The notes under the pieces are model-generated. The model saw only the letters and a list, made by a program, of their open reading frames with translations. It had not been told where the DNA came from and did no database searches. A stretch of DNA of 64,000 nucleotides from Vicinamibacterales bacterium (GTDB taxonomy: Bacteria; Acidobacteriota; Vicinamibacteria; Vicinamibacterales; CAVVIG01), in the NCBI GenBank assembly GCA_965229885.1, contig CBDDJX010000002.1, positions 202,784 through 266,783 on the forward strand, written 5' to 3'. The position numbers were made by a program, and so were the translations under genes. Below are positions 51,936 to 61,612 of the stretch, piece after piece (the stretch's first letter is position 1; each line of letters opens with the position of its first letter).

Positions 51936-52114
51936 GCGCCTGCGCAGAGCAAGCCGGGGACCATCGGCACGCGGGCCATTGTGTCATCAAACGGCCCACA
52001 ATCCGATCGAAGTCGCGGATGGCGTTACGCGTTTCGTAACTGCTTGCCTGGCCCTGGATCCAGGTTTTCGTGTGGGCCCTAAACCTTCACGCTGGTCGTT
52101 CCGGTAGGCCGGCC

Positions 52115-52279
52115 GTGGACGAGCGCCCCGACCCGCCCGCCGAACCGCCCGCAATCACCGTTCAATGCGGCATGTGCAAACGACATGTCCCGATCGAGCA
52201 CGTACGCACGTGGAGTGGGCGCGTCTTGTGTTTGGGGTGCCTCTCGTCTTGGTACGACGAGGAGGGGGGGAAGGATTGA
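52115..52279 (+). CDS. Small putative zinc-ribbon protein
   Basis: CGMC...CLGC (two CxxC pairs) in about 54 aa; GTG start. Confidence 0.5.
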   Translation: MDERPDPPAEPPAITVQCGMCKRHVPIEHVRTWSGRVLCLGCLSSWYDEEGGKD

Positions 52280-52280
52280 A

Positions 52281-52592
52281 TTAGCAGCTGAGAAGCGCCC
52301 ACCCCTCGCCTTCGTGCTCTACCCGCTCGAGGTCTGCCCATTGAACCGCCTGGGAGCGCATTGCGAAGCGTCGGCCGTCCAGGAATTCCTCGTCTTCCAG
52401 GAACTGGACCTCCCACCCGTATTTGCCGTGGCTTCGCAGCACGCACCTGAAGCGTTTGCCGTCTTTGGTGAGCGTCCATAGTGCTTCGGCAGGCGCTGGC
52501 TGCCGCGCCGGCGGCGGCGGGGCATTCCAGAGCATCGCTTTCGGGTCCATGCGCACACCATGCCTCAGAGCGGTGACAAACTTGGGCTGCAC
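52281..52592 (-). CDS. Small hypothetical protein
   Basis: Coding-like composition (LWTLTKDGKRFRCVLRSHGKYGWEVQF...RRF..R..A..WA). Confidence 0.6.
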   Translation of the reverse strand: MQPKFVTALRHGVRMDPKAMLWNAPPPPARQPAPAEALWTLTKDGKRFRCVLRSHGKYGWEVQFLEDEEFLDGRRFAMRSQAVQWADLERVEHEGEGWALLSC

Positions 52593-52653
52593 TCGGCGAA
52601 TCTGGTGTATGAGACTGCCAATCTGGAGGGTAGCACGACAATCTCGGTTTCCC

Positions 52654-53932
52654 CGTATCGCGCCATGGTAAGTGTGACCGAAGGAAAGATCGTCGCGCCC
52701 TAAAGGGTGTTACCCAAGCGGGTGTGCCACAGGAGGGCACCCGCGTGGGACCACAGGCGAGGCCGGAGTATTTGGCGCCGATGCGGGACCGGTACGTGGG
52801 GGCCTCGCGGACGGAGAAGGGGCGCGTGCTCACAGAGGCGGTGACGGTGACGGGCTACCATCGGAAGGCGATCATTCGGGCCTGGCGGCGGCCAGCCGTG
52901 CGGCCCCCGCGGGGCCCGCGTCGGGGCCGACCCACGCGCTATGACGCCGCGGGGGTGCGGGCACTCCGGGCGGTCTGGGTCGCGGCGGGCGATCCGTGGG
53001 CCCGCCGCCTGAAGGCCCTGCTGCCGGCGGGCTGCCGTGGGCCCGTCGCCGCCTCGCGGTGTCGCCCGCCACCGAAGCGAAGGTGCGCACCATCAGCCCG
53101 CGCCAGATCGATCGCCTGCTGGCGCCCGACCAGCGCACGATCCGCCGACGGCTGTATGGGCGCACCAAACCCGGCCCGCTGTTGAAGCACCACATTCCGG
53201 GCAAGACCGATCACTGGGACGTCACCGAGCCCGGCTTCACCGAGGTGGACCTGGTGAGTCACTCGGGCGACCGCGCCGATGGGGACTTCCTCCATACGCT
53301 GAATCTCACCGACATTCAGACCACCTGGGTCGAACACGGCGCCGTCATGGGGAAAAGTCAGGTCCGGGTCCAGGAACGGCTCGACCACTTGCGCGGGGGG
53401 CGGCCGTACAAGAAGAACGACAACGCGCATATCGAACAAAAGAACTGGACCCACGTCCGGAAGCTGATGGGCTATGTGCGGTATGACTCGGCGGCGGCCC
53501 TCGCAGCGATGAACGATGTGTAGGCCGACCTGCGGCTGTTGCAGAATCTCTTTCTGCCGTCGGTGCAACTCCAACGCAAAGAACGCATCGGCGCCCGCCG
53601 GCGCCGGTACTACGACGCGCCGCAGACCCCGTTGGAGCGCGTCCAGGCCTGCCCGCAGGCCCACGCCGCGAAGGTGGTGGCGCTCGTGCGCCAGCGGGAC
53701 CGGCTCGATCCGTTCGCGCTCGCGGCGCGCATTGACCGCAAGCTCGCGCGGGTCTATGCCCTCGCGAATCATCGGCGCGGGCTGGTGCCCTCGACGGCGG
53801 GGGCCGCGGAGACACACGCAAAGACCGCGCGGGTCTCCGCGGCCCTGTCGCTCAAAGACCTCTCCCCGTCGGTAACACCAAACATGGCGCGACGACGCGC
53901 CGCCCGGTAACACTTACTTATGGCTCGACACG
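52654..53932 (+). mobile_element. ISNCY-type IS (rve/DDE core), copy 2, defective, 5-bp TSD TTCCC
   Basis: TTCCC at 52649-52653 and 53933-53937; terminal IRs CGTATCGCGCCATGGTAAGTGTGACCG and (reverse complement) CGTGTCGAGCCATAAGTAAGTGTTACCG. Confidence 0.92.
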
Positions 53933-53937
53933 TTCCC

Positions 53938-54740
53938 TACGCTTCGCCGGCGCGCTCGCGACCCTGGTTCTGTGGTCGCCGCCGGCGTCGGCTCAGTCGC
54001 CGACCCAGTCAGGCCAGCCTCCAGTCCAGACATGCCAGCTGGGGACTCTGCGGCTCGAGCGCGGCGAGTCGATTCCGACTTCCGGATGACATGCATCACC
54101 TTCGGCACGCCGAACGCCGCGCGCAGCAACGCTGTCCTCCTGATTCACGGCCTACGAGGGAATAGGGACAGTCAGAGCACGTGGGCCGGACCGGGGAAAG
54201 CCTTCGACACCAGCCAGTACTTCGTGATTCAGCCCGACACGCTTGCATCCGTTTCACCCGACCCGAATGCGACGACCTCACCGACCCGCGCGGGTCTCGG
54301 CATGCGATTTCCTCGCTTCAGCAATCGCGACGTGGTCCAGGCGGAACACCGGATGCTCACCGAGTGCCTCCGCCTGTCGCACCTTGTCGCAGTGTCCGGT
54401 ACGTCGATGGGCGGCATCGAGTCGATGCAGTGGGCGGTCAGCTATCCAGACTTCATGGACGCCGTCATCCGATCGTGCCCCAGGCGTTCGCGGCAAGACA
54501 GTCCGTGTTCATCTGGGAGGCCGCTCGACGCGCGATCATGTCGATCCGAAATGGATGGGTGGGACGTATCCCGCGAACGACCCGCCGCGCGCCGGCGTGG
54601 CGGCGGGACTCACCGTGCAGACGGCGTTCGGCTCCTCGTCGGCCGCTTTCGACAAGAACTTCCAGACGAGGGAGGCCGTCCTCGCGTTCTATCAGTCGCC
54701 GGCGGACGCGCGCGACTGGGCATTCTGGATGATCGCTGAC
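53938..54740 (+). pseudogene. Secreted alpha/beta hydrolase (homoserine acetyltransferase-like fold), IS-interrupted, frameshifted and truncated
   Basis: NAVLLIHG, GPGKAFDT.QYFVI, FPRFSNRDVV and SGTSMGG nucleophile elbow; the 5' end lies at about 52605-52653, on the other side of the IS. Confidence 0.8.
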
Positions 54741-54872
54741 CGAAGTGAAGTTCGCGCTGACCGGAAGGTGTCGCACACGCGTCGCACAGGACGTCACAGT
54801 GGACGTGTACGGCGAGGGGGGTGATCACCGCGCAATATGCCGTCAAGTCCCGTCGTGCCGTGCTTTAGTGGT

Positions 54873-54958
54873 TGGTGCGGAAGCGGGGATTTGAACCCCG
54901 ACCCGATTACTCGGACTAGCTCCTGAGGCTAGCGCGTCTGCCGTTCCGCCACTTCCGC
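54873..54958 (-). tRNA. tRNA-Leu(CAG)
   Basis: GCGGAAG acceptor stem, D-loop GGAACGGCAG, anticodon loop CTCAGGA, long variable arm, TTCAAAT T-loop, encoded CCA. Confidence 0.97.
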
Positions 54959-54994
54959 AAGTGGTGAGCGTCGTCCCGCAAAACCGGAACGTTC

Positions 54995-55024
54995 AGTATA
55001 GCCGAATGGCTTTTTGTTGGTCGA
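54995..55024 (-). promoter_or_regulatory. Possible sigma-70 promoter for tRNA-Leu
   Basis: Minus-strand TATACT at 54995-55000 with TCGACC 18 bp upstream. Confidence 0.35.
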
Positions 55025-55096
55025 ACACGGATCCCAGAGGAATCCGTGGCCGTCGATGGGGATGGTGTGCAGCCCTTACGAACAGGACGCGGCAAG

Positions 55097-55600
55097 TTAC
55101 TTGATCGACCGCGCTTGCAGGTGCGTGTCATCGTTTCTCACGCCAACGACGCTGACCTTGCGGCCGATGTGATCCCCGAGCTTCACGCTGGACGACGGGG
55201 TCACTTCGACATCCTTCGATGTCTTCGTGACGAAGCCGGTCTTCCAGCTGCGGCCCTTCGGAGCCTGAGCGCCTTCGAGATCGGTCAACATGTACTTGCG
55301 ACCGTCCGCTTCGAGGCAGCCGGTCAGCGTGATCGAGCCGGCGGGCACTGCCGGTGCCGCTTTCGCCGGCGCCGCCGTGGTCATGCTTCGAGTCATTTCG
55401 CAGTCCTGCTCGTGTGTGTGTTGAGCGGCTTCCGCCGCGCGCTGGGGGGACGGGCTCGGAAACACCCGGCTAACGATTCTCTCGGCGTCGGCGCCACCTG
55501 CGAAATAGCGAAGCCCATGGAAGCCGCATTGAAGCGATGAAGCGCCGTGCAGCGGCGCGCACTGGCGGAGGGCTCTGGGCTTGAGGCTGTTGCCGAATCC
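55097..55600 (-). pseudogene. Hypothetical exported protein, probably frameshifted
   Basis: Coding-like C-terminus ITLTGCLE....YMLT...L.DHIGRKVSVVG; the N-terminal part appears to be in another frame. Confidence 0.5.
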
Positions 55601-55619
55601 AAGCCCTCAGCCCGACCGT

Positions 55620-56462
55620 CTAGGGCTCGTCGTCTGATGAGCGCGTGAGCTCGATGTAATCAGCCAGCGCCGTGAGCAGTGGGCCCATCTTCGGATCGGC
55701 CGGCTGCACATCGGGTGTCACGCCGGCCTCCTTCAATGCCTCGGCGCACACGGGTCCGACGGCGGCCACGATGATGTCGGCGCTGAGAGCCGTGGCGAGC
55801 GCGGGCGCGAGACCGAGCGCGGCGGCCACCGCAAAGAGGTTGCGCACCTGAATCTGGTTCGTAAACACGATGGCGTCGAGTTGCGATGCGGGATCGTGAA
55901 CGATCGCCTGGAGCGGCGCGATATCCTCCGGCAGCGCCCACTCGTACGGGCACACCTCATCCAGACGGGCCCCTCGCGCGCTCAGCGCGTCCGCGAGCGC
56001 GGTATTCCGTTCGCCGTAGTGCACAAGGGCCACATCGCGACCGGTCAGGTCGAGGGGCGCGAGCGCCTCGAGCACCTCGTTCGTCGTGAACGGCTTCCGC
56101 GGAACGACGGTCGGCTCCAGTCCGTAGCGCCTGACGACCGCGGTCGGCTTCGGCCCCCGGCACACGATCGTCGCCGCCCCCATTCCGGCCAGCACGTCAG
56201 CCAGCCGGCCCTGCCGGTCCGCGTCGCGGAGGAGCGCAGCCGCCCCGACGCCTGTCTGAAAAATGACGACACCGAAGCGGCCCGACGCCAGCCGGTCGAC
56301 GAATGCCGCCGTTTCAGCCTCGCGCGCGATCTCGCGGACCGACGGCGCGGAGACGGGCGTGCCGCCCATGCGCCGCACCAGCTCCGCCAGTTCCTTGCCG
56401 AGGCGCGACTCGAGCAGTCCGACGCGCGCACCATGCAATGTGGGCATGCTAGCCTTGACCAT
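55620..56462 (-). CDS. hemD: Uroporphyrinogen-III synthase
   Basis: LLESR...L..LV...GG.P..AP, IFQTGVG, RGPKP, YEW.LP, FTNQIQV and VGPVCAEAL motifs; the start may be 56447. Confidence 0.85.
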   Translation of the reverse strand: MVKASMPTLHGARVGLLESRLGKELAELVRRMGGTPVSAPSVREIAREAETAAFVDRLASGRFGVVIFQTGVGAAALLRDADRQGRLADVLAGMGAATIVCRGPKPTAVVRRYGLEPTVVPRKPFTTNEVLEALAPLDLTGRDVALVHYGERNTALADALSARGARLDEVCPYEWALPEDIAPLQAIVHDPASQLDAIVFTNQIQVRNLFAVAAALGLAPALATALSADIIVAAVGPVCAEALKEAGVTPDVQPADPKMGPLLTALADYIELTRSSDDEP

Positions 56463-56529
56463 GCAGCGTTGATTATCCCTCGGCGGCCCGACACTCCGAC
56501 TCTATACTCGAATGCAAGGCAGGTCTGAT

Positions 56530-58305
56530 ATGGCCAAGCGGCGATTCGCCGTCCTCTTCACTGTGTTCACTGTACTCGGCATCGCGGTCTTCCTCTCGAT
56601 GGCCGGGCTTGCGCTGCTCTACCTCGCGGTCGGCCGCGAGCCCAACGTTCCCGCTGATGCGACGCTCGTCCTGCGGGTGGGCGGCGATCTCTCGGAAATG
56701 GCGCCCGCCGATGTCGTCGGATATCTCCGCGGCGCCAGGGCGCCCACCGTGCGATCGATCGTGGAAAACCTGCACAAGGCGAAGGTGGATTCGCGGATCC
56801 GCGCCGTGCTGGTCAAGCCGACCGGCTTCTCCTCGCCGTACTGGGGCAAGGTGCAGGAGGTTCGCGACGCGATGCTCGATTTCAAGGAATCGGGCAAGCC
56901 GCTCTACGCGTATCTCGAGTACGGCGGCGATCGCGAGTACTACCTCGCCACGGCGGCGGACCAGGTGTACCTGATGCCATCGACGTCGCTCGATCTCATT
57001 GGCGTCGCCACATACCAGCTGTTCCTGAAGGGCACGCTCGACAAGATCGGCGCGATTCCCGATCTGCATCGCATCGGCGAGTACAAGACGGCGGTGAACA
57101 CGTTCACCGAGTCCGGCTATACCGCCGCGCACAGGGAAATGGACGAGGCGCTCAATCGCGATCTCTTCAATCAGATCGTGGGCGGCATTGCGGCGGGCCG
57201 GAAGAAGGACGAGGCGGACATCCGGCAGCTTATCGATCAGGGGCCGTTCCTTCCTGAGGATGCGCTCCGTGCCGGGCTCGTCGACGATGTGCAGTACGAA
57301 GATCAGGTGAATACGAAGCTGCAGGGACAGGGTGAACCGCGGCAGATCGACGGCGACGACTATGCCCGCGTCAGTGGTACGTCGCTCGGGCTGAACAGCG
57401 GTCCACGCCTGGCGATCATCTACGCCGTCGGCACCATCACCAGCGGCAAGAGCGGGTACGACCCGGTCAACGGCGCGGTGGTCGGCTCCGAGACGCTCAT
57501 CGAGTACATCCGCCAGGCGCGGCGCGACGAGAGGGTGCGCGGCATCGTGCTGAGGATTGACAGCCCCGGCGGATCCGCCGCGGCGTCCGACGCGGTGTGG
57601 CGCGAGCTGATGCTTGCCAGAAACGAGCGCGAGGACCGGCCGATTGTCGCGTCCATGTCGGATCTCGCCGCCTCGGGCGGCTATTACATCGCGCTGCCGG
57701 CGCAGCTCATCGTCGCCCAGCCATCGACCCTGACCGGATCGATTGGCATCTTCGGCGGGAAGATCGTCACCGGCGGCGTCTACGAAAAGCTTGGCGCCCG
57801 CATCGAGTCGACGAGCATCGGCAAACACGCCGAGATCGAGTCACCTGTCCGTCGGTACACTCCTGACGAAGTGAAGAAGCTGAATGATCAGCTTCAGGCC
57901 TTCTACGATCAATTCGTCGAGAAAGTGGCAGCCTCACGGCGCAGCACGCCCGAGGAGATCGACGCCATGGCGCAGGGCCGGGTGTGGACCGGCCGGCAAG
58001 CGAAGGATCGGGGCCTGGTCGACGCGCTCGGTGGGCTCGATCGGGCGATCGAGCTCACAAAGGAGCGCGCGAATATTCCGGCCAGCAGCGGTGTCGAGCT
58101 GGTGGTCTATCCACCAAAGAGGAGCTTTTTCGAGATCCTGAGCGATCAGCTCAACGGGACGAACGAGTCGCTCGCCGTGAGCCGGTGGTTGTCGGTGAGC
58201 TTGTCCAAAGGCGAGCTCGAGGTGCTCCGCACGATGCGCGGCCCGCTCACGCTCTTTCGCCGCGGCGAGCCGCTTGCGCTGATGCCGTTGACCTTCTTAC
58301 GCTGA
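56530..58305 (+). CDS. sppA: Signal peptide peptidase SppA (67K type)
   Basis: Two S49 domains; IDSPGGS, SMSDLAASGGYY, TGSIGIF and AQGRVWTG motifs. Confidence 0.95.
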   Translation: MAKRRFAVLFTVFTVLGIAVFLSMAGLALLYLAVGREPNVPADATLVLRVGGDLSEMAPADVVGYLRGARAPTVRSIVENLHKAKVDSRIRAVLVKPTGFSSPYWGKVQEVRDAMLDFKESGKPLYAYLEYGGDREYYLATAADQVYLMPSTSLDLIGVATYQLFLKGTLDKIGAIPDLHRIGEYKTAVNTFTESGYTAAHREMDEALNRDLFNQIVGGIAAGRKKDEADIRQLIDQGPFLPEDALRAGLVDDVQYEDQVNTKLQGQGEPRQIDGDDYARVSGTSLGLNSGPRLAIIYAVGTITSGKSGYDPVNGAVVGSETLIEYIRQARRDERVRGIVLRIDSPGGSAAASDAVWRELMLARNEREDRPIVASMSDLAASGGYYIALPAQLIVAQPSTLTGSIGIFGGKIVTGGVYEKLGARIESTSIGKHAEIESPVRRYTPDEVKKLNDQLQAFYDQFVEKVAASRRSTPEEIDAMAQGRVWTGRQAKDRGLVDALGGLDRAIELTKERANIPASSGVELVVYPPKRSFFEILSDQLNGTNESLAVSRWLSVSLSKGELEVLRTMRGPLTLFRRGEPLALMPLTFLR

Positions 58306-58314
58306 CTTGAGCCT

Positions 58315-60234
58315 TCATAGCAGCGCGCGCTGGACCGCTTCGCGGTTGATTTCGATCTTCATCTTCTGCTTGACCTTGACCATGTAGGCGCCGAAGAAGC
58401 GGTTGCGCTTGTCGGCGATCTGCTCCCCGCGGAAGCGCTCGACGTTGGCCGCCCACTCGGTCGGCGTCACGTCCTTTTTCTCGAGGACCTTAAAGACGAC
58501 CGTCCCGGTGTCGGTCGCGGTTGGATCGCTGACGGCGCCGACCGGCAGCTTGAACGCCGCGTCTATCGCCTCAGGCGCAACGCCCAGACCCGGGATCGGC
58601 GCATCGCGCGTGATCAGCTCGGTGGTCGTCGCGTCGACGCCGGCGGTCTTCGCCGCCTTTTCGAAGTCGGCCGCGCCCTTCAGCGTCGCGGCGAAAGCCG
58701 TCGCCTTCTGACGGCTCAGGTCGCGCGCCTTCTGCTTGATCACCTCGTCCCGCACGCGATCCTTCACCTCGTCAAGCGTCGGCATCGATGGCGGCTGGAG
58801 GGCCATGAGTGCCTCAAACGCGAATCCGCGGGCGGACTGCAGCGGTCCGCTCACGTCGCCGACCTGCATCTCGAACGCGCGGGCCACCGCTTCGGGCGAG
58901 GAGCCGATGCCCGGAATCGATTCGTCCCGTGCGAAGAACCCGGACTCCTGCGGCGTCAGGCCGTGAGCGCTGCCCGCCTTGTCGAGGTCGGAAGGCTTGG
59001 ACACGTCCTTGGCGATGGTCTCGGCCAGATCCGCCGCCTGCGCGCGGGCTGTTTCGTACGCCAGCCGATCGAGGATCTGCTGCCGCACTTCGGGGAGCGT
59101 GCTCACCTTCGCCGGCTTCTTGTCCACGAGCCTGATGAGGTGGTACCCGAACTGCGTCTTGACGAGATCGCTCGTCTGTCCCGGCTCCATCGTGAAGGCG
59201 ACCTGATCGAACTCGGGCACCATTTTGCCCCTGCCGAAGTAATCGAGGTCGCCGCCGTTCTTGGCGGTGCCTTCGTCTTCTGAATATTTCACGGCCAGTT
59301 CGGCGAAGTCGGCGCCGCCCTTCGCCTGCTTGAGGATGCCTTCGGCCTTCAGTTTCACGGCGGCGTCGTCCTTGCCTCCAGTCTTCAACAGAATATGGCT
59401 CGCGCGCAGCTGCTCCGGCGACGTGTACTGGGCGAGGTCTTCGTTGTAGGCGCGCGCGATGCTGGCTTCGGGCACCGTGGTTTTCGCCCGGATGGCATTG
59501 GCGTCGACGAGCAGATAGCGGACCTTCCGCTTTTCCGGAATCTTGAAGTCCGCCTGGTGCGCGGTGAAGTAGGCCGCGACTTCGGCGTCGCTTGCGGTCG
59601 CCCCGGACTGGAACGTCTCGGCGACGAACGTCACGACGGCGAGCTTCACCTTGTCGTTGCCGAGGCGGTATGCCTGCTCGAGCTCCTTGTCGGTCGTCGA
59701 CAGCCAGCCGGTCAACACGACGCGAAGCTTGTCGAGCACGAGTTCTTCGCGGATCGACCTCTCGAACTTGGCCGGTGTCAGGGGCGGACGCTGGGAGCGC
59801 AGCAGCTGCTGGTACCGCCGCTCGCCGATGAACGCACCGTTCTCCTGGAACGACGGCACCGAGAAGATGCGCTGCCGCACTTCCTCGTCGCCGACTGTAA
59901 TCCCGAGGCGATCAGCCTCGGCGAGCGCCGCCTGCTGATCGACCAGCTGCTGCAGAATCTGCTGATCGATGCCGAGCTGCTTCAGGAGCTGTTCGCTGAT
60001 CGCGCCGCTGTACGCGTTGCGATACGCCTGGAGCTGGGCATCGTAGCTGCGTCGAAAATCACCGGCGGTAATCTCGCGACCCTCGACCGTGGCCACCGTG
60101 TCGCCCAACGCGACGCCCGCCGTGTTCCCCTGCAGGAAGTCAGGAATGTAGAAAATGACGAACGCCAGCACGACGAGGCCGAGGCTCCATTTGAGCCACC
60201 CCATATGCCGCCGCATCTGGTCGAGCATGGTCAT
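58315..60234 (-). CDS. SurA N-terminal / parvulin PPIase (PpiD-like)
   Basis: N-terminal anchor, SurA_N-like region; RASHILLK, FAELA.KYSED, GGDLDYF, MVPEF and TQFGYHLI motifs. Confidence 0.9.
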   Translation of the reverse strand: MTMLDQMRRHMGWLKWSLGLVVLAFVIFYIPDFLQGNTAGVALGDTVATVEGREITAGDFRRSYDAQLQAYRNAYSGAISEQLLKQLGIDQQILQQLVDQQAALAEADRLGITVGDEEVRQRIFSVPSFQENGAFIGERRYQQLLRSQRPPLTPAKFERSIREELVLDKLRVVLTGWLSTTDKELEQAYRLGNDKVKLAVVTFVAETFQSGATASDAEVAAYFTAHQADFKIPEKRKVRYLLVDANAIRAKTTVPEASIARAYNEDLAQYTSPEQLRASHILLKTGGKDDAAVKLKAEGILKQAKGGADFAELAVKYSEDEGTAKNGGDLDYFGRGKMVPEFDQVAFTMEPGQTSDLVKTQFGYHLIRLVDKKPAKVSTLPEVRQQILDRLAYETARAQAADLAETIAKDVSKPSDLDKAGSAHGLTPQESGFFARDESIPGIGSSPEAVARAFEMQVGDVSGPLQSARGFAFEALMALQPPSMPTLDEVKDRVRDEVIKQKARDLSRQKATAFAATLKGAADFEKAAKTAGVDATTTELITRDAPIPGLGVAPEAIDAAFKLPVGAVSDPTATDTGTVVFKVLEKKDVTPTEWAANVERFRGEQIADKRNRFFGAYMVKVKQKMKIEINREAVQRALL

Positions 60235-60345
60235 GAACGCACCCTCTCTTGAATGTTCATCGTATGCCATGAACTTACGGCGTGGCAAGCAGTTACCGCC
60301 AACCGTGTGGTATATTTGCAGGGCAGAGAAGAGAGTGACGCTCGC

Positions 60346-61479
60346 ATGCCAGTTGCCCTGTATCGCGCCGTCGGGACCGCTGGAAAGCGGGGATCGAAGC
60401 CGGGTCGTGCCGGCGAAATCTCGTTGACCGTGCCGGAGCTCGATCTTGCGACGAAGCTACGTGTGTTTCAGCGCGCGTTGCGCAGCCGCGTCGAGCGCCG
60501 CGATGCCCTGCTCGACATCGTCCGCGCCGTCAACACGACACTCGAGCCAGACACGATTGCAGCCCTCATCGTCGAACGTGCGGCGACATGGGTGCCCGCA
60601 CCGTGCTGGGCCGTTGTGAGGTCCGATCTGTCCGGTCAATCGTCAGTCCTTGCCGATCGCGGGCTGGCGCCCGACATGGGATCGGCCGTCTGCAGCATCG
60701 TCGAATGGGTCGTGCAGCGCGGCGAGGATTTCGTGACCGCCGATCTCCGCAGCGACGCGCGCCTGCGCGACGCCGCGGTTGGATCGGTCATCGCGTTTCC
60801 GCTCAGCTGCCGCGGCCGGTGCGTCGGCGCGCTCATCGGCCTCGACCGCCTCGCTTCGTCCCGCAAGCCACGAATGGCGGCGGGCAGTCTGCGTGCGGTG
60901 CGCGTGCTGCTCGAGCCGGCAGCGGTCGCGCTCGATAACGCGCTGGCGCTCAAACGCGCCGAGGATCTCTCGGTCACCGACGACCTCACGCAGTTGTACA
61001 ACTCGCGCTATCTGGATCAGGTCCTCCGGCGCGAAACCAAGCGGGCTTCGCGAAGCGGCCGGCCCCTGTCGCTGCTGTTCATCGACCTGGACGGGTTCAA
61101 GAGCGTCAACGACACGCATGGGCACTTGTATGGCAGCCGCGCTCTGGTGGAAGCCGCCGCGGTGATTAAGGAGAGCGCGCGCGAAACCGATATTGTCGCG
61201 CGATTCGGCGGCGACGAATTTGCAGTTGTGCTGCCCGACACGGGCGGTGAGGGTGCCTTCGCCGTCGGCGAGCGTATTCGGGAACGCCTGGCCGCGCACC
61301 TGTTTCTAGCTGACGATGACCTCAATATGCGCCTGACCGGTTCGGTCGGGGTGGCAACGCTGCCCGACGTGGCGAACTCGGCCGGGGAGCTGATCCAGGC
61401 CGCGGATAAGGCCATGTACCGGGTCAAGGGCCACGGCAAGAACGGTATTCAGGCCGCTCTCGCTCCTGCCGATACTTAG
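60346..61479 (+). CDS. GAF-GGDEF diguanylate cyclase
   Basis: DDLTQLYN, DLDGFKSVND..GH, RETD I-site, RFGGDEF active site and AD.AMY..K..GKN. Confidence 0.93.
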   Translation: MPVALYRAVGTAGKRGSKPGRAGEISLTVPELDLATKLRVFQRALRSRVERRDALLDIVRAVNTTLEPDTIAALIVERAATWVPAPCWAVVRSDLSGQSSVLADRGLAPDMGSAVCSIVEWVVQRGEDFVTADLRSDARLRDAAVGSVIAFPLSCRGRCVGALIGLDRLASSRKPRMAAGSLRAVRVLLEPAAVALDNALALKRAEDLSVTDDLTQLYNSRYLDQVLRRETKRASRSGRPLSLLFIDLDGFKSVNDTHGHLYGSRALVEAAAVIKESARETDIVARFGGDEFAVVLPDTGGEGAFAVGERIRERLAAHLFLADDDLNMRLTGSVGVATLPDVANSAGELIQAADKAMYRVKGHGKNGIQAALAPADT

Positions 61480-61480
61480 T

Positions 61481-61536
61481 CATTGGCCCTTTGTCATTGG
61501 TCGCTTGTCGTTGGTCGCTTGTGGTTGGTCGTGGTC
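61481..61536 (+). repeat. Four degenerate 14-bp tandem repeats
   Basis: CATTGGCCCTTTGT / CATTGGTCGCTTGT / CGTTGGTCGCTTGT / GGTTGGTCGTGGTC. Confidence 0.75.
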
Positions 61537-61612
61537 CCGCCAGTCGACACGCGATTGCACAGATTTGCCACCCCCCGATCTTGACTGACGACCAGCGGCC
61601 AGGGAGCTTCCG

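Noticed and set aside
52024-52040. GTTACG-N5-CGTAAC palindrome
   Set aside because: A single 6-bp inverted repeat with no second copy or known regulator link; too weak to call.
61481-61536. Possible CRISPR array
   Set aside because: Units are contiguous 14-mers with no spacers, and there are no cas genes in the window.
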